Shown here: positions 1-11,700 of the stretch, piece by piece
How positions within the stretch are numbered: the first letter of the stretch is position 1
Layout of the letters: every line of letters begins with the position of its first letter
Source: Macrostomum hystrix
Lineage: Eukaryota > Animalia > Platyhelminthes
Length of the DNA stretch: 64,000 bases
Reading direction: 5' to 3'
NCBI GenBank assembly: GCA_950097015.1
Contig: CATNEN010000031.1
Coordinates: 930,001 to 994,000 of the forward strand
Made by a program: the position numbers and the translations under genes
The notes under the pieces: generated by a model
The model's input: the letters and a program-made list of their open reading frames with translations, nothing else
What the model was told of the DNA's origin: nothing
Database searches by the model: none

Positions 1-2443
1 CCCCGCCTGGCCACGGGTTCGCCACCGCTGCTAATTCTGCACGGCCTGTTCGGCATGGCCCGCAACTGGCGATCCATAGCCAAGACCCTGGCCAGGCAGC
101 ACTCGCCCATTGTGTGCGCCGATCTGAGAAATCACGGCGACAGTCCGCATCACAGCGACATGAGCATGTCAGCCATGGCCGACGATGTTAAACTGCTCAT
201 TGAGAGCAAACTGGATGGCCGGCCAGTGCATCTCATGGGCCACAGTCTTGGCGGTAAGGTGGCCATGATAACGGCCCTTCAGCATGTGAGTATGGCTGCT
301 TGATCTTCATTTCGAATCACTATCACGAATCTCATTGAGATTATCCAGGTAGATCTTGGCCAATCTCATTGAGATTATCCAGGTAGATCTTGGCAAATCT
401 CATTGAGATTATCCAGCTAGATCTTGACGAATCTCATTGAGATTATCCAGGTGGATGTTGGCGAATCTTAATGAGATTTTCTAGGCTAGATGTATCTCAT
501 TGAGATTATCCATGTAAATGTAGGCGAATCTCATTGAGATTATCCAACTAGATATTGACGAATCTCATAGAGATTATCCAGGTGGATCTTGGCAATTCTC
601 ATTGAGATTTTCATACCGCTTTTCGACCCAACCTCGAACGCCCAGTCGCACCTGGTTCATTCACTCATCGCCGTGGACGTGTCGCCGCAGCCCAGCGGTT
701 CGCCCCCGGGCTGGTTCAGGCGCATCATGGAGCTGCTGCTCAGCCTGGACCTCAGCAGGCCGCCGGCCTCATCTCTGGCTGCCACTAAGAAGGCCTACTC
801 ACAGTTTCTGAGCGCTGAGGTGCCGGTGAGTCTGCTGGCCTCTATTTGTATTCTGCGAACTGCTGGTTCCGCTGTTGGCTGGTTTCACTCGCTCATCAGT
901 GATGAAACTGATGAGACTGGGAGAGATTAGACATTGGAGAAATTAGACATGGGATAGATTAGACATGGGAGAGATTAGACATGGGAGAGATAAGACATGG
1001 GTGAGATTAGACATGGGAGAGATTAGACATGGGTGAGATTAGACATGGGAGAGATTAGACATGGGTGAGATTAGACATGGGTGAGATTAGACATGGGTGA
1101 GATTAGACATGGGTGAGATTAGACATGGGTGAGATTAGACATTGGAGAGATTAGACATGGGAGAGATTAGACATGGGAGAGATTGGACATGGGTGAGTTT
1201 GACATTAGAGAGATAAGAAATGGGACAGGTTAGACACGGGAGAGATAAAAACATGTATTAATAACAGGAAAGATTAGAAATAAGAGAGATTAAGCAATCA
1301 AATTTAAAATATAAATTAGATGAGACAGTGAAGATATTTGCCAGCGGAGAGATTAGACATGGAAGATATTAGATATAGTGTATGAATGATTAGACAGGAG
1401 ATATGTGATAGGAGAATCAAGACTCGGGAATGATGAATGTTAAGCTCTACAGATATATTGTCTACATGTTTACCGCAAAAAGCTCTACTCGCTACTGCCC
1501 AGTAGTTAAACTTGACCAGAACAATTTCAACTAGCAGTTCTAAATCTCTTGCCTGTTGATAAGGAGAAACCCATTCGCGAATTTCTGCTCACCAATCTGA
1601 CTGAGGAGCCGGACAGGCCGGGCAAATTCAGATGGCGCATCAACCTGCCAGCCCTGCTAACCCACATTGACGAGATGGTTAATTGCGAACTGAACAGCTG
1701 CAGCCTGACCTACAGCGGGCCCACCATCTTTATTGGCGGATCTAAGTCTCCCTACATCAAGTGAGGGAACAATCTTGTCACATCATACTGCCAACCACCT
1801 ACCTCAAAAGACTGTGATCTTACCGCCAATCAGCCCGCAGGACGCCACGATTACTCATCCTGTCCCCCACCCACCCCAAAACACTGTGATCTTACCGCAA
1901 ATCAGCCCGCAGGACGCCACGATTACTCATCCTGTCCCCCACCCACCCCAAAGCACTGTGATCTTACCGCCAATCAGCCCGCAGGACGCCACGATTACTC
2001 ATCCTGTCCCCCACCCACCCCAAAACACAGGGACCCAACCCACCCCAAAACACAGGGACCCCACCCACCCCAAAACACAGGGACCCCACCCACCCCAAAA
2101 CACAGGGACCCAACCCACCCCAAAACACAGGGACCCAACCCACCCCAAAACACAGGGACCCCACCCACCCCAAAACACAGGGACCCCACCCACCCCAAAA
2201 CACAGGGACCCAACCCACCCCAAAACACAGTGACCCCACCCAAAAAACACAGTGACCCCACGCACCCCAAACACGGTGATCTACCCGCCAATCAGCCCGC
2301 AGGACTCCGCCATTCCGCGCCTATTTCCAAGGTCGCGAATCTCTTTTGTTGAAGGCGCGGGTCACTGGGTTCACGCCGATCAACCTACTGAGTTCTGCGC
2401 TCAGGTGAACAGATTTCTAGCTGAATTGTCAGACTCGAAATGA
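1..2443 (+). CDS. ABHD11: Alpha/beta hydrolase domain-containing protein 11, 5'-partial, 4 exons (<1-285, 646-825, 1564-1760, 2296-2443)
   Basis: Motifs LILHGLFG..NWRSIAK, DLRNHGDS, GHSLGGK (nucleophile), LIAVDVSP, FLLTNL..WRINL, GAGHWVH. All three introns are GT-AG with matching phases (0,0,2). Exons total 810 nt = 270 codons including the stop. Confidence 0.92.
321..620. repeat. Minisatellite, about 34-bp unit GAATCTCATTGAGATTATCCAGGTAGATCTTGGC, about 8 copies, ABHD11 intron 1
   Basis: Direct reading of tandem units. Confidence 0.9.
912..1250. repeat. Minisatellite, 16-bp unit GAGATTAGACATGGG(T/A), ABHD11 intron 2
   Basis: Direct reading. Confidence 0.9.
1790..2300. repeat. Compound array: 72-bp unit x3 plus 25-bp unit AAAACACAGGGACCC(A/C)ACCCACCCC, ABHD11 intron 3
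   Basis: Direct reading; 24-aa and 25-aa periodicity in the ORF track. Confidence 0.9.
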
Positions 2444-2696
2444 GGACAGTCTACTAACTAAAGACTATTTTTAACTGTCCACAGGAATAATTAATTATAA
2501 GCCTAGCAACTTAACTGTAGCCAGCCAGTCACACTTAAGATTCAATGCATGCAATAGATTTTATGTCTAAATACAGTACAATCAGCCACGTAGTACGTAA
2601 TTTCTTTCTTAGTACATGTATGTGAGTACATTTTGTGGAACCTTTTATCAGCTTTGCTTCTCACTTATTTCGTAGAATTCTACAATTTGCCGTGCC

Positions 2697-3775
2697 ATTA
2701 GCAGCAGCTGGAGTGAACAGCTGTGCCATAAACAGCAGCTGGAGTGAACAGCTGTGCCATTAGCACCAGATGGAGTGAATAGCTGTGCCATAGACAGCAG
2801 CTGGAGTGAACAGCTGTGCCATAAACAGCAGCTGGAGTGAACAGCTGTGCCATTAGCACCAGATGGAGTGAATAGCTGTGCCATAGACAGCAGCTGGAGT
2901 GAACAGCTGTGCCATAGACAGCAGCTGGAGTGAACAGCTGTGCCATAGACAGCAGCTGGAGTGAACAGCTGTGCCATAGACAGCAGCTGGAGTGAACAGC
3001 TGTGCCATTAGCAGCAGATGGAGTGAATAGCTGTGCCATTAGCAGCAGCTGGAGTGAACAGCTGTGCCATAGACAGCAGCTGGAGTGAACAGCTGTGCCA
3101 TAAACAGCAGCTGGAGTGAACAGCTGTGCCATAAACAGCAGCTGGAGTGAACAGCTGTGCCATAAACAGCAGCTGGAGTGAACAGCTGTGCCATAAACAG
3201 CAGCTGGAGTGAACAGCTGTGCCATAAACAGCAGCTGGAGTGAACAGCTGTGCCATAGACAGCAGCTGGAGTGAACAGCTGTGCCATAAACAGCAGCTGG
3301 AGTGAACAGCTGTGCCATAAACAGCAGCTGGAGTGAACAGCTGTGCCATAAACAGCAGCTGGAGTGAACAGCTGTGCCATAGACAGCAGCTGGAGTGAAC
3401 AGCTGTGCCATAAACAGCAGCTGGAGTGAACAGCTGTGCCATAGACAGCAGCTGAAGTGAACAGCTGTGCCATAAACAGCAGCTGAAGTGAACAGCTGTG
3501 CCATAAACAGCAGCTGGAGTGAACAGCTGTGCCATAGACAGCAGCTGGAGTGAACAGCTGTGCCATAAAAAGCAGCTGGAGTGAACAGCTGTGCCATAGA
3601 CAGCAGCTGGAGTGAACAGCTGTGCCATAGACAGCAGCTGGAGTGAACAGCTGTGCCTTGGACAGCAGCTGGAGTGAACAGCTGTGCCATAGACAGCAGC
3701 TGAAGTGAACAGCTGTGCCATAGACAGCAGCTGGAGTGAACAGCTGTGCCATAGACAGCAGCTGGAGTGAATAAT
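2697..3775. repeat. Minisatellite, 31-bp unit CAGCAGCTGGAGTGAACAGCTGTGCCATA(G/A)A, about 35 copies
   Basis: Direct reading. Confidence 0.95.
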
Positions 3776-4384
3776 TGAATAGCGTAGCTTCAATTTCAAA
3801 GGTTATCTCTAATAAAATCCTATAATTAATAGGATTAGCTAGACTAGCAGATAAACTAGCATCCAAATTAAAATTTCGCACCTTGACTTGTTCTCGCATG
3901 TTAGATAATTTGCGCTAATTACAGTATAGTCAGATGACGTATCCAATTTAGACTCGAAATCAGTTTGATCATCTTAATTATAGTTTCATTATTGTGATCA
4001 CGGGCGTTGCCTAAACATATATTCTAGTGTTGATAAAATTAGTTTGAGGCGGTTAATCAACTAAAAATATTTCAAAAGGAATTTTTTAACTGACTAAATG
4101 TTATCATCATGAGAACTTTGTTTGTTTAGCTACTTTCAACATCGAAAGCGTGATTTTAAACTGCACAGGTTAACGAGTCTTTCTGAGCTTATTTGATTTT
4201 CGACTGAATTGTGTCTCAAGTAACTGCCTTTGTCAAAAATTGGTAACTATTAAATAATTTAGTGGATCCGAGCGGTGTCTTTCATTTTGCCATCTTAATT
4301 TCAAATCATTCTGCTACATTTCAAATCATTCTAGATTAGTACGTAATTCAGCTCCTAGATGTTTTCGCGTCGCCATAGTAACGT

Positions 4385-4965
4385 AGGAGATGGGAATAGA
4401 TGGCAGTGTGGGACAGGAGATGGGAATGGGTGGCAGTGTGGGACAGGAGATGGGAATGGGTGGCAGTGTGGGACAGGAGATGGGAATGGGTGGCAGTGTG
4501 GAACAGGAGATGGGAATGGGTGGCAGTGTGGAACAGGAGATGGGAATGGGTGGCAGTGTGGAACAGGAGATGGGAATGGGTGGCAGTGTGGGACAGGAGA
4601 TGGGAATGGGTGGCAGTGTGGAACAGGAGATGGGAATGGGTGGCAGTGTGGAACAGGAGATGGGAATGGGTGGCAGTGTGGAACAGGAGATGGGAATGGG
4701 TGGCAGTGTGGGACAGGAGATGGGAATGGGTGGCAGTGTGGGACAGGAGATGGGAATGGGTGGCAGTGTGGAACAGGAGATGGGAATGGGTGGCAGTGTG
4801 GGACAGGAGATGGGAATGGGTGGCAGTGTGAGACAGGAGATGGGAATGGGTGGCAGTGTGGAACAGGAGATGGGAATAGATGGCAGTGTGGGACAGGAGA
4901 TGGGAATGGGTGGCAGTGTGGAACAGGAGATGGGAATGGGTGGCAGTGTGGGACAGGAGATAGGA
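4385..4965. repeat. Minisatellite, 30-bp unit GGACAGGAGATGGGAATGGGTGGCAGTGTG, about 19 copies
   Basis: Direct reading. Confidence 0.95.
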
Positions 4966-5365
4966 ATTGAAAAATTTTAGGTCTGAATTCACCCCCATGG
5001 CGAGTCTAGTCAGTCTGGCTTGAGTTGAGCATTTTCCAAAAGAAAATTTAATTAGGGATTTAAATCTCTGAAATTCCCAACAGGTTTTTTACGCCAGTAG
5101 ATGGCTTCCCAACGACCGCCGCGTCTTAAAGAGGGCTAATTCCTGAGCCGAGGCTCTCAACTAGAGGCACGCAATCTTCAGCTTAAATTGCACACTTTCC
5201 GTGCAGTCAGAGACAAACACACTCATATTAGAAGTCTATATGGACTCAATTGTTATCAGTGCCGTACAGCTAATTTTTGGAAATTTGTGCTCTGTTAAAT
5301 TATGCCATGTTATCTGAGACTTCAGTTGAACAGTTTAAAATTAAATTTGAAAACAGCGAGCAGTC

Positions 5366-5733
5366 CTTTGTACTCCTTTGTACTCCTTTGTACTTCTTTG
5401 TACTCCTTTGTACTCCTTTTTACACCTTTGTACTCCTTTGTACTCCTTTGTACTCTTTTGTACTCCTTTGTACTCCTTTGTACTCCTTTGTACTCCTTTG
5501 TACTCCTTTGTACTCCTTTGTACTCCTTTGTACTCCTTTGTACACCTTTGTACTCCTTTGTACTCCTTTGTACTCCTTTGTACTCCTTTGCACTCCTTTG
5601 TACTCCTTTGTACTCCTTTGTACTCCTTTGTACTCCTTTGTACTCCTTTGTACTCCTTTGTACTCCTTTTTACACCTTTGTACTTCTTTGTACTCCTTTG
5701 TACTCCTTTGTACTCCTTTGTACACCTTTGTAC
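5366..5733. repeat. Minisatellite, 10-bp unit TACTCCTTTG, about 37 copies
   Basis: Direct reading. Confidence 0.95.
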
Positions 5734-5809
5734 TAGAAAGCATCTGTTGGCTCAACGATAAGCGCATACAGAAGCGTCAATTTTGTGACATTCATCTGAT
5801 TTACAAGTG

Positions 5810-7613
5810 AGAGATTACCTGAATTAACAGTGAAAGATTACCTGAATTAACAGTGAAAGATTAACTGAATTAACAGGGAAAGATTAACTGAATTAACAGT
5901 GAAAGATTAACTGAATTAACAGGGAAAGATTCAGTGAATAGTCAGTGACAGATTCTGTGAATAGACAGTGTTAGATTCAGAGAATAGACAGTGACAGATT
6001 CAGTGAATAGACAGTGAGAGATTCAGTGAATAGACAGTGACAGATTCAGTGAATAGACAGTGCTAGATTCAGAGAATAGACAGTGACAGATTCAGTGAAT
6101 AGACAGTGACAGATTCAGAGAATAGACAGTGACAGATTCAGTGAATAGACAGTGACAGATTCAGTGAATAGACAGTGACAGATTCAGTGAATAGACAGTG
6201 ACAGATTCAGTGAATAGACAGTGACAGATTCAGTGAATAGACAGTGACAGATTCAGTGAATAGACAGTGACAGATTCAGTGAATAGTCAGTGAGAGATTC
6301 AGTGAATAGTCAGTGACAGATTCAGTGAATAGACAGTGCTAGATTCAGAGAATAGTCAGTGACAGATTCAGTGAATAGTCAGTGACAGATTCAGTGAATA
6401 GACAGTGACAGATTCAGTGAATAGACAGTGACAGATTCAGTGAATAGTCAGTGAGAGATTCAGTGGATAGAGAGTGAGAGATTCAGTGAATAGTCAGTGA
6501 CAGATTCAGTGAATAGACAGTGAGAGATTCAGTGAATAGACAGTGACAGATTCAGTGAATAGACAGTGACAGATTCAGTGAATAGACAGTGACAGATTCA
6601 GTGAATAGTCAGTGACAGATTCAGTGAATAGACAGTGACAGATTCAGTGAATAGACAGTGACAGATTCAGTGAATAGTCAGTGAGAGATTCAGTGGATAG
6701 AGAGTGAGAGATTCAGTGAATAGTCAGTGACAGATTCAGTGAATAGTCAGTGACAGATTCAGTGAATAGACAGTGACAGATTCAGTGAATAGACAGTGAC
6801 AGATTCAGTGAATAGTCAGTGACAGATTCAGTGAATAGTCAGTGACAGATTCAGTGAATAGACAGTGACAGATTCAGTGAATAGACAGTGACAGATTCAG
6901 TGAATAGTCAGTGAGAGATTCAGTGGATAGAGAGTGAGAGATTCAGTGAATAGTCAGTGACAGATTCAGTGAATAGACAGTGAGAGATTCAGTGAATAGA
7001 CAGTGACAGATTCAGTGAATAGACAGTGACAGATTCAGTGAATAGACAGTGACAGATTCAGTGAATAGACAGTGAGAGGTCCAGTGAATAGTCAGTGACA
7101 GATTCAGTGAATAGACAGTGACAGATTCAGTGAATAGTCAGTGAGAGATTCAGTGAATTGTGAGTGACAGATTCAGTGAATAGTCAGTGAGAGGTTCAGT
7201 GAATAGACAGTGACAGATTCAGTGAATAGACAGTGAGAGATTTAGTGAATAGTCAGTGACAGATTCAGTGGATAGACAGTGAGAGATTTAGTGAATAGTC
7301 AGTGACAGATTCAGTGGATAGACAGTGAGAGATTTAGTGAATAGTCAGTGACAGATTCAGTGGATAGAGAGTGAGAGATTCAGTGAATAGTCAGTGACAG
7401 ATTCAGTGAATAGTCAGTGAGAGGTTCAGTGAATAGACAGTGACAGATTCAGTGAATAGACAGTGAGAGATTTAGTGAATAGTCAGTGACAGATTCAGTG
7501 AATAGACAGTGACAGATTCAGTGAATAGACAGTGATAGATTCAGTGAACAGACAGTGACAGATTCAGTGAATAGACAGTGACAGATTCAGTGAATAGTCA
7601 GTGAGAGGTTCAG
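5810..7613. repeat. Minisatellite, 23-bp unit GACAGTGACAGATTCAGTGAATA (over 70 copies), preceded by a related GAAAGATTAACTGAATTAACAGT block
   Basis: Direct reading. Confidence 0.95.
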
Positions 7614-8064
7614 TTAAATCTGAAGTTTTAATTTAACTAGTTTTTTAACACATTCAATAGACGGTGATGCAAATATCAAATGGCAGTAATTTGAATGTAT
7701 TTTGATAAGCTTATGACAGCTGTTTTGTAAAAGAAGAGCTTGATATATTTTAAAGTAGAAAACTAGAACTTGAGGTATTTCATGTAGAAAACAAAGGAGG
7801 TGCATTATAGGGAGGTCGGACACTGAAGCTAAGGTTACAAGTGTAGTTCGGACATTCTTAATGACGGAGAAAACTATTAATATAAACTTGCAACACTCAG
7901 ATCGTTTAAATTTGATTGACAGCATTGAGAAGATGGTAGAGAAGCTGGCTCCATTTGGAATCCAGATGACATGGCGTGGAATTGACAATAATTGACTGCT
8001 GAACTGCAGCACTGCGATAATAGAAAAGTGACTTTGATACCAGACTTCTCGATGATTTAAGTTT

Positions 8065-8480
8065 GACAGTTTCTGGCTTTGGGAGAGTGACAGACTCGGG
8101 CTTAGGAAGAGTGACAGACTCGGGCTTAGGGAGAGTGACAGACTCGGGGTTTAGGAGAGTGACAGACTCGGGCTTAGGGAGAGTGACAGACTCGGGGTTT
8201 AGGAGAGTGACAGACTCGAGGTTTAGGAGAGTGACAGACTCGGGGTTTAGGAGAGTGACAAACTCGGGGTTTGGGAGAGTGACAGACTCGAGGTTTAGGA
8301 GAGTGACAGACTCGGGCTTAGGGAGTGTGACAAACTCGGGGTTTAGGAGAGTGACAGACTCGAGGTTTAGGAGAGTGACAGACTCGGGCTTAGGGAGTGT
8401 GACAAACTCGGGGTTTAGGAGAGTGACAGACTCGGGCTTAGGGAGTGTGACAAACTCGGGGTTTAGGAGAGTGACAGACT
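8065..8480. repeat. Minisatellite, 24-bp unit GAGTGACAGACTCGGGGTTTAGGA, about 17 copies
   Basis: Direct reading. Confidence 0.95.
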
Positions 8481-8773
8481 AGGAGGTTGTAGAGTGATCG
8501 ATTCGGCGGTTATGGGAGTAAATATGTGGAATGTGAGATTGACTGGAGTGACAGAGTGAGGAAGAAAGTAACCTAAAAAGTGAAAGTGAAAATCAATAAC
8601 GAGTTGATTTAGCATGATTTAAAGACTAGACTACGCGATGCATTTATCCCGGCGATAGAAAACTGTTTCTTAAGAAAGATAATAGCGACTGGAATAACAA
8701 AAGATCAGACAGGCTAGACAAAGTTTTCTCTAAACTAAAAGAAGTTTTGTGCGCAATAAATGTTTGTCTTCAT

Positions 8774-11700
8774 TCACAACCGGTTCTGCTGCTGCTGCTG
8801 CTGCTGCGGCCTGGCGCCTCCGGCGGCCTCCATGGACATTCCCGAGTGGCCGCCGTTGCCACCGGCCCGCGCCAGTCCCAGGATGGCGCGCACCTCGCGC
8901 TTGAACTTCGGATTGGTCACCACGTAGATGAAGAAATTGCAGGTGCCGTCCATGGAGGAGATGACGTTGCCGACCAGGGTCAGGATGATGTACAGGTTGG
9001 TTGGGATTTTGAACGACACCACGCTGCAAATCCACGCGGTAGGGGATTAGGCGGATTAACAGTAGGACTACCAACCCATTTTGCCGCCCGTTTTTATGCC
9101 AATAACTATTTCTGCTGCACCTGAATAGGGCAACGTTCTTGTTCCTGAAACAAGAATCAAGTCGCCAGCTCTTCAGACCGTCTAGATATTCATCGGTTCT
9201 GGCCGAAGGTCTGATTTTACCATAAGAGCTAATACATTTCATACACCCCTATACACGAGCCTAGCCTTGCCAGGCCTTCAAACTTTATCAGCGCTTCATC
9301 TGAATGAGCCAGCATCATCTCCGACTTCGGTCATCACCTACCTTGATCTAGACGGAGCTGCTGGACCTTCAACAAGTGGCACCAGCCGACGATCAAGCCT
9401 CAATATTGGCCGAAGCTAAACTACAGGACCCTAGTCTGTCAGCCAGTCACCACCCCGACACCGTCAGCACCGTCAACGGGGTTCCTCCAGCTGGCTATGG
9501 AGTCCCTAAAGCGAGTTTTTCTAGTTTCGCTGATGAAGCCTTGGTAGTTCTACTGATAATATTGATATTTGTAGGAGGGCTGTGCACACTAGCACTTATC
9601 ATTTCAGAGGCTAAATTTACCGATTCCGCTGACCCTGAACACAAACTCACGCAGGTGTGTACATCTGCCCTGACCTCCTCATCGTCAAGCAGTGTACACC
9701 CTCATTGTGCCTTTGGATGGTTGGCCCTGAAGGGTGTAAACTGTACGACAATCCCTCGCTCCAAAGCCTTCTCTCCGCGACTGTGTCCCAACTGAGAATG
9801 TGGCGTCGCAGCGGATTCGAGCTCGGGGACCTCGGGAGCTCGGCCTTAGACAGTTTAATCCCTCGCCCAGGTTTGATCCCCAAAACAATTGCCAAATTGC
9901 GCTCGCAGTTTTTTAGGTCAATGATAGTTTAAGAGGACGAAACTTAATTAATAAAAACTGGCCCGCTAGAGTAACTATGCCCATGGAGACTGACTCGCCA
10001 CATTGTTAGTGACGCTTCCCACCTGCTTTAGTGGGTAAACGGCGGGAGCAACAGAAGCGCAACTGAGCTCTCTAAAAAGATAAGAAAAGTCTCGTCATCT
10101 TATCAGCCGGACCTGAGTTTGGCCAGAAGAATTATTGCCCCCCCACTGCACAGCAACCAGCCCTCCAAATGGAGTGCACTTCAGCGTCGAAATTATCCCC
10201 ACTCTAGCGGGATCAGAGAGATTCCGAATTATAGCAAACTGTTACCGATTCTATTCTCGAGCGGCTGTGTCTGTGTGGGTGGCGGCCTTGTGATGTAACT
10301 TGTGAATCAGCACTAAACTTATTGGCAATAAAATCCAGAGCTAAAGTTGCCGGCGTTCGAGTTAATCTGAGTTCGTTCAAAGGTGACTGCTCAATATAAC
10401 AACTTGGAATACTTATCCCGAGGACTACTGGTACTCAAACCTGAAGAAGATAAGTACTCAAACCTGAGGACCATAGTTATTCAAGCTTGAGATCCTAGTA
10501 ACTCAAACTTGAGAACCATATGTACTCAAACCTGAGGACCATAGCTACTCAAACTTGAGAACCATATGTACTCAAACCTGAGGACCAAAGCTACTCAAAC
10601 ATGAGGACCATGGGTACTCAAACATGAGGACCATGGGTACTCAAACATGAGGACCATGGGTACTCAAACCTGAGGACCAAAGCTACTCAAACATGAGGAC
10701 CATAGCTACTCAAACCTGAGGACCAAAGCTACTCAAACATGAGGACCATGGGTACTCAAACCTGAGGACCAAAGCTACTCAAACATGAGGATCATGGGTA
10801 CTCAAACCTGAGGACCATAGGTGCTCAAACCTGAGGGATAGGTAATCCTAAACCTGAAGCCTTGGAAGTTGCATCAATTGAGCAATGAGAGACTGTCAGC
10901 AGACTCACACTCCGTAAAGCAGCATGGGAGTCTGGCAGATGAGGTACATGTACATCAGCAGGGTGACCATTCGGGTCAGCTGACGGAATTGCTTCTCCTG
11001 CTTGTCCGGCTTCTTGCCGCCAGCCTCGCTTAAATTTGCGCTGCTGCCGCCAGCGCTGACGATGCTGACGGTGCTGGCCGCCACCGTGGATGTCGGACTG
11101 CCGCGGCCGCCTCCGCCGGCTGCGCCTCGCTGGAAATTGTTAGATCGGCGAACAGCTCGCAGCAGGAGCATGTTGACAACCATGACAGCCACCAGTGGGG
11201 TGCCAGTCTGCAGGCCGAAGTTGACGGACCATGTGTAGGCCGGGAAGATCATAGAGCCCTCGATGGCCATGCGGCTGAAGCCGTCGTTGCAGACGGCCAC
11301 CACGCTGGTGACCTCGAGGCCGCGCACCAGGCTAGTTGCCATGGCAACGAAGCAGATGGCTACAATCCAGTGAAGGGTGCGGCGCCTGCTGAACCAGAGA
11401 TTCGCGCGCAGCGGCCAGCGAATCTTGGCGAATCGGACAGCCGCCATAAACAGCATCAGCCAGTTGTGCAGGGTGATGAAGGCCACCCGGATGCCCCACA
11501 CAAAGGGATGACCGTATATTGGCAGTAGGAACAGCCAGGTGTCCTCGTTGCGTGCAGGCAGAGTCTCCAGGGTGTGGCAGAAGTTGTCGACGGTGTTGGC
11601 CACCACGTAGATGGCATCGGCCAGAGCCAGCGAGCGGAGCTGCAGGGCCAGGGCGCAGTCGCTGCCGTCGCGGCCGAGGGCCACATAGGACAGGGAGTTG

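Noticed and set aside
2648-5767. Long repeat ORFs over the 31-, 30- and 10-bp arrays
   Set aside because: Open in several frames on both strands, which is typical of non-coding tandem repeats.
9376-9932. ORFs of 67-139 aa in the GPCR intron and at 43958-44220
   Set aside because: They overlap the SINE-like repeat, and their shared peptide (VHCLTMR.SGQMYTP) only reflects DNA homology of the repeat.
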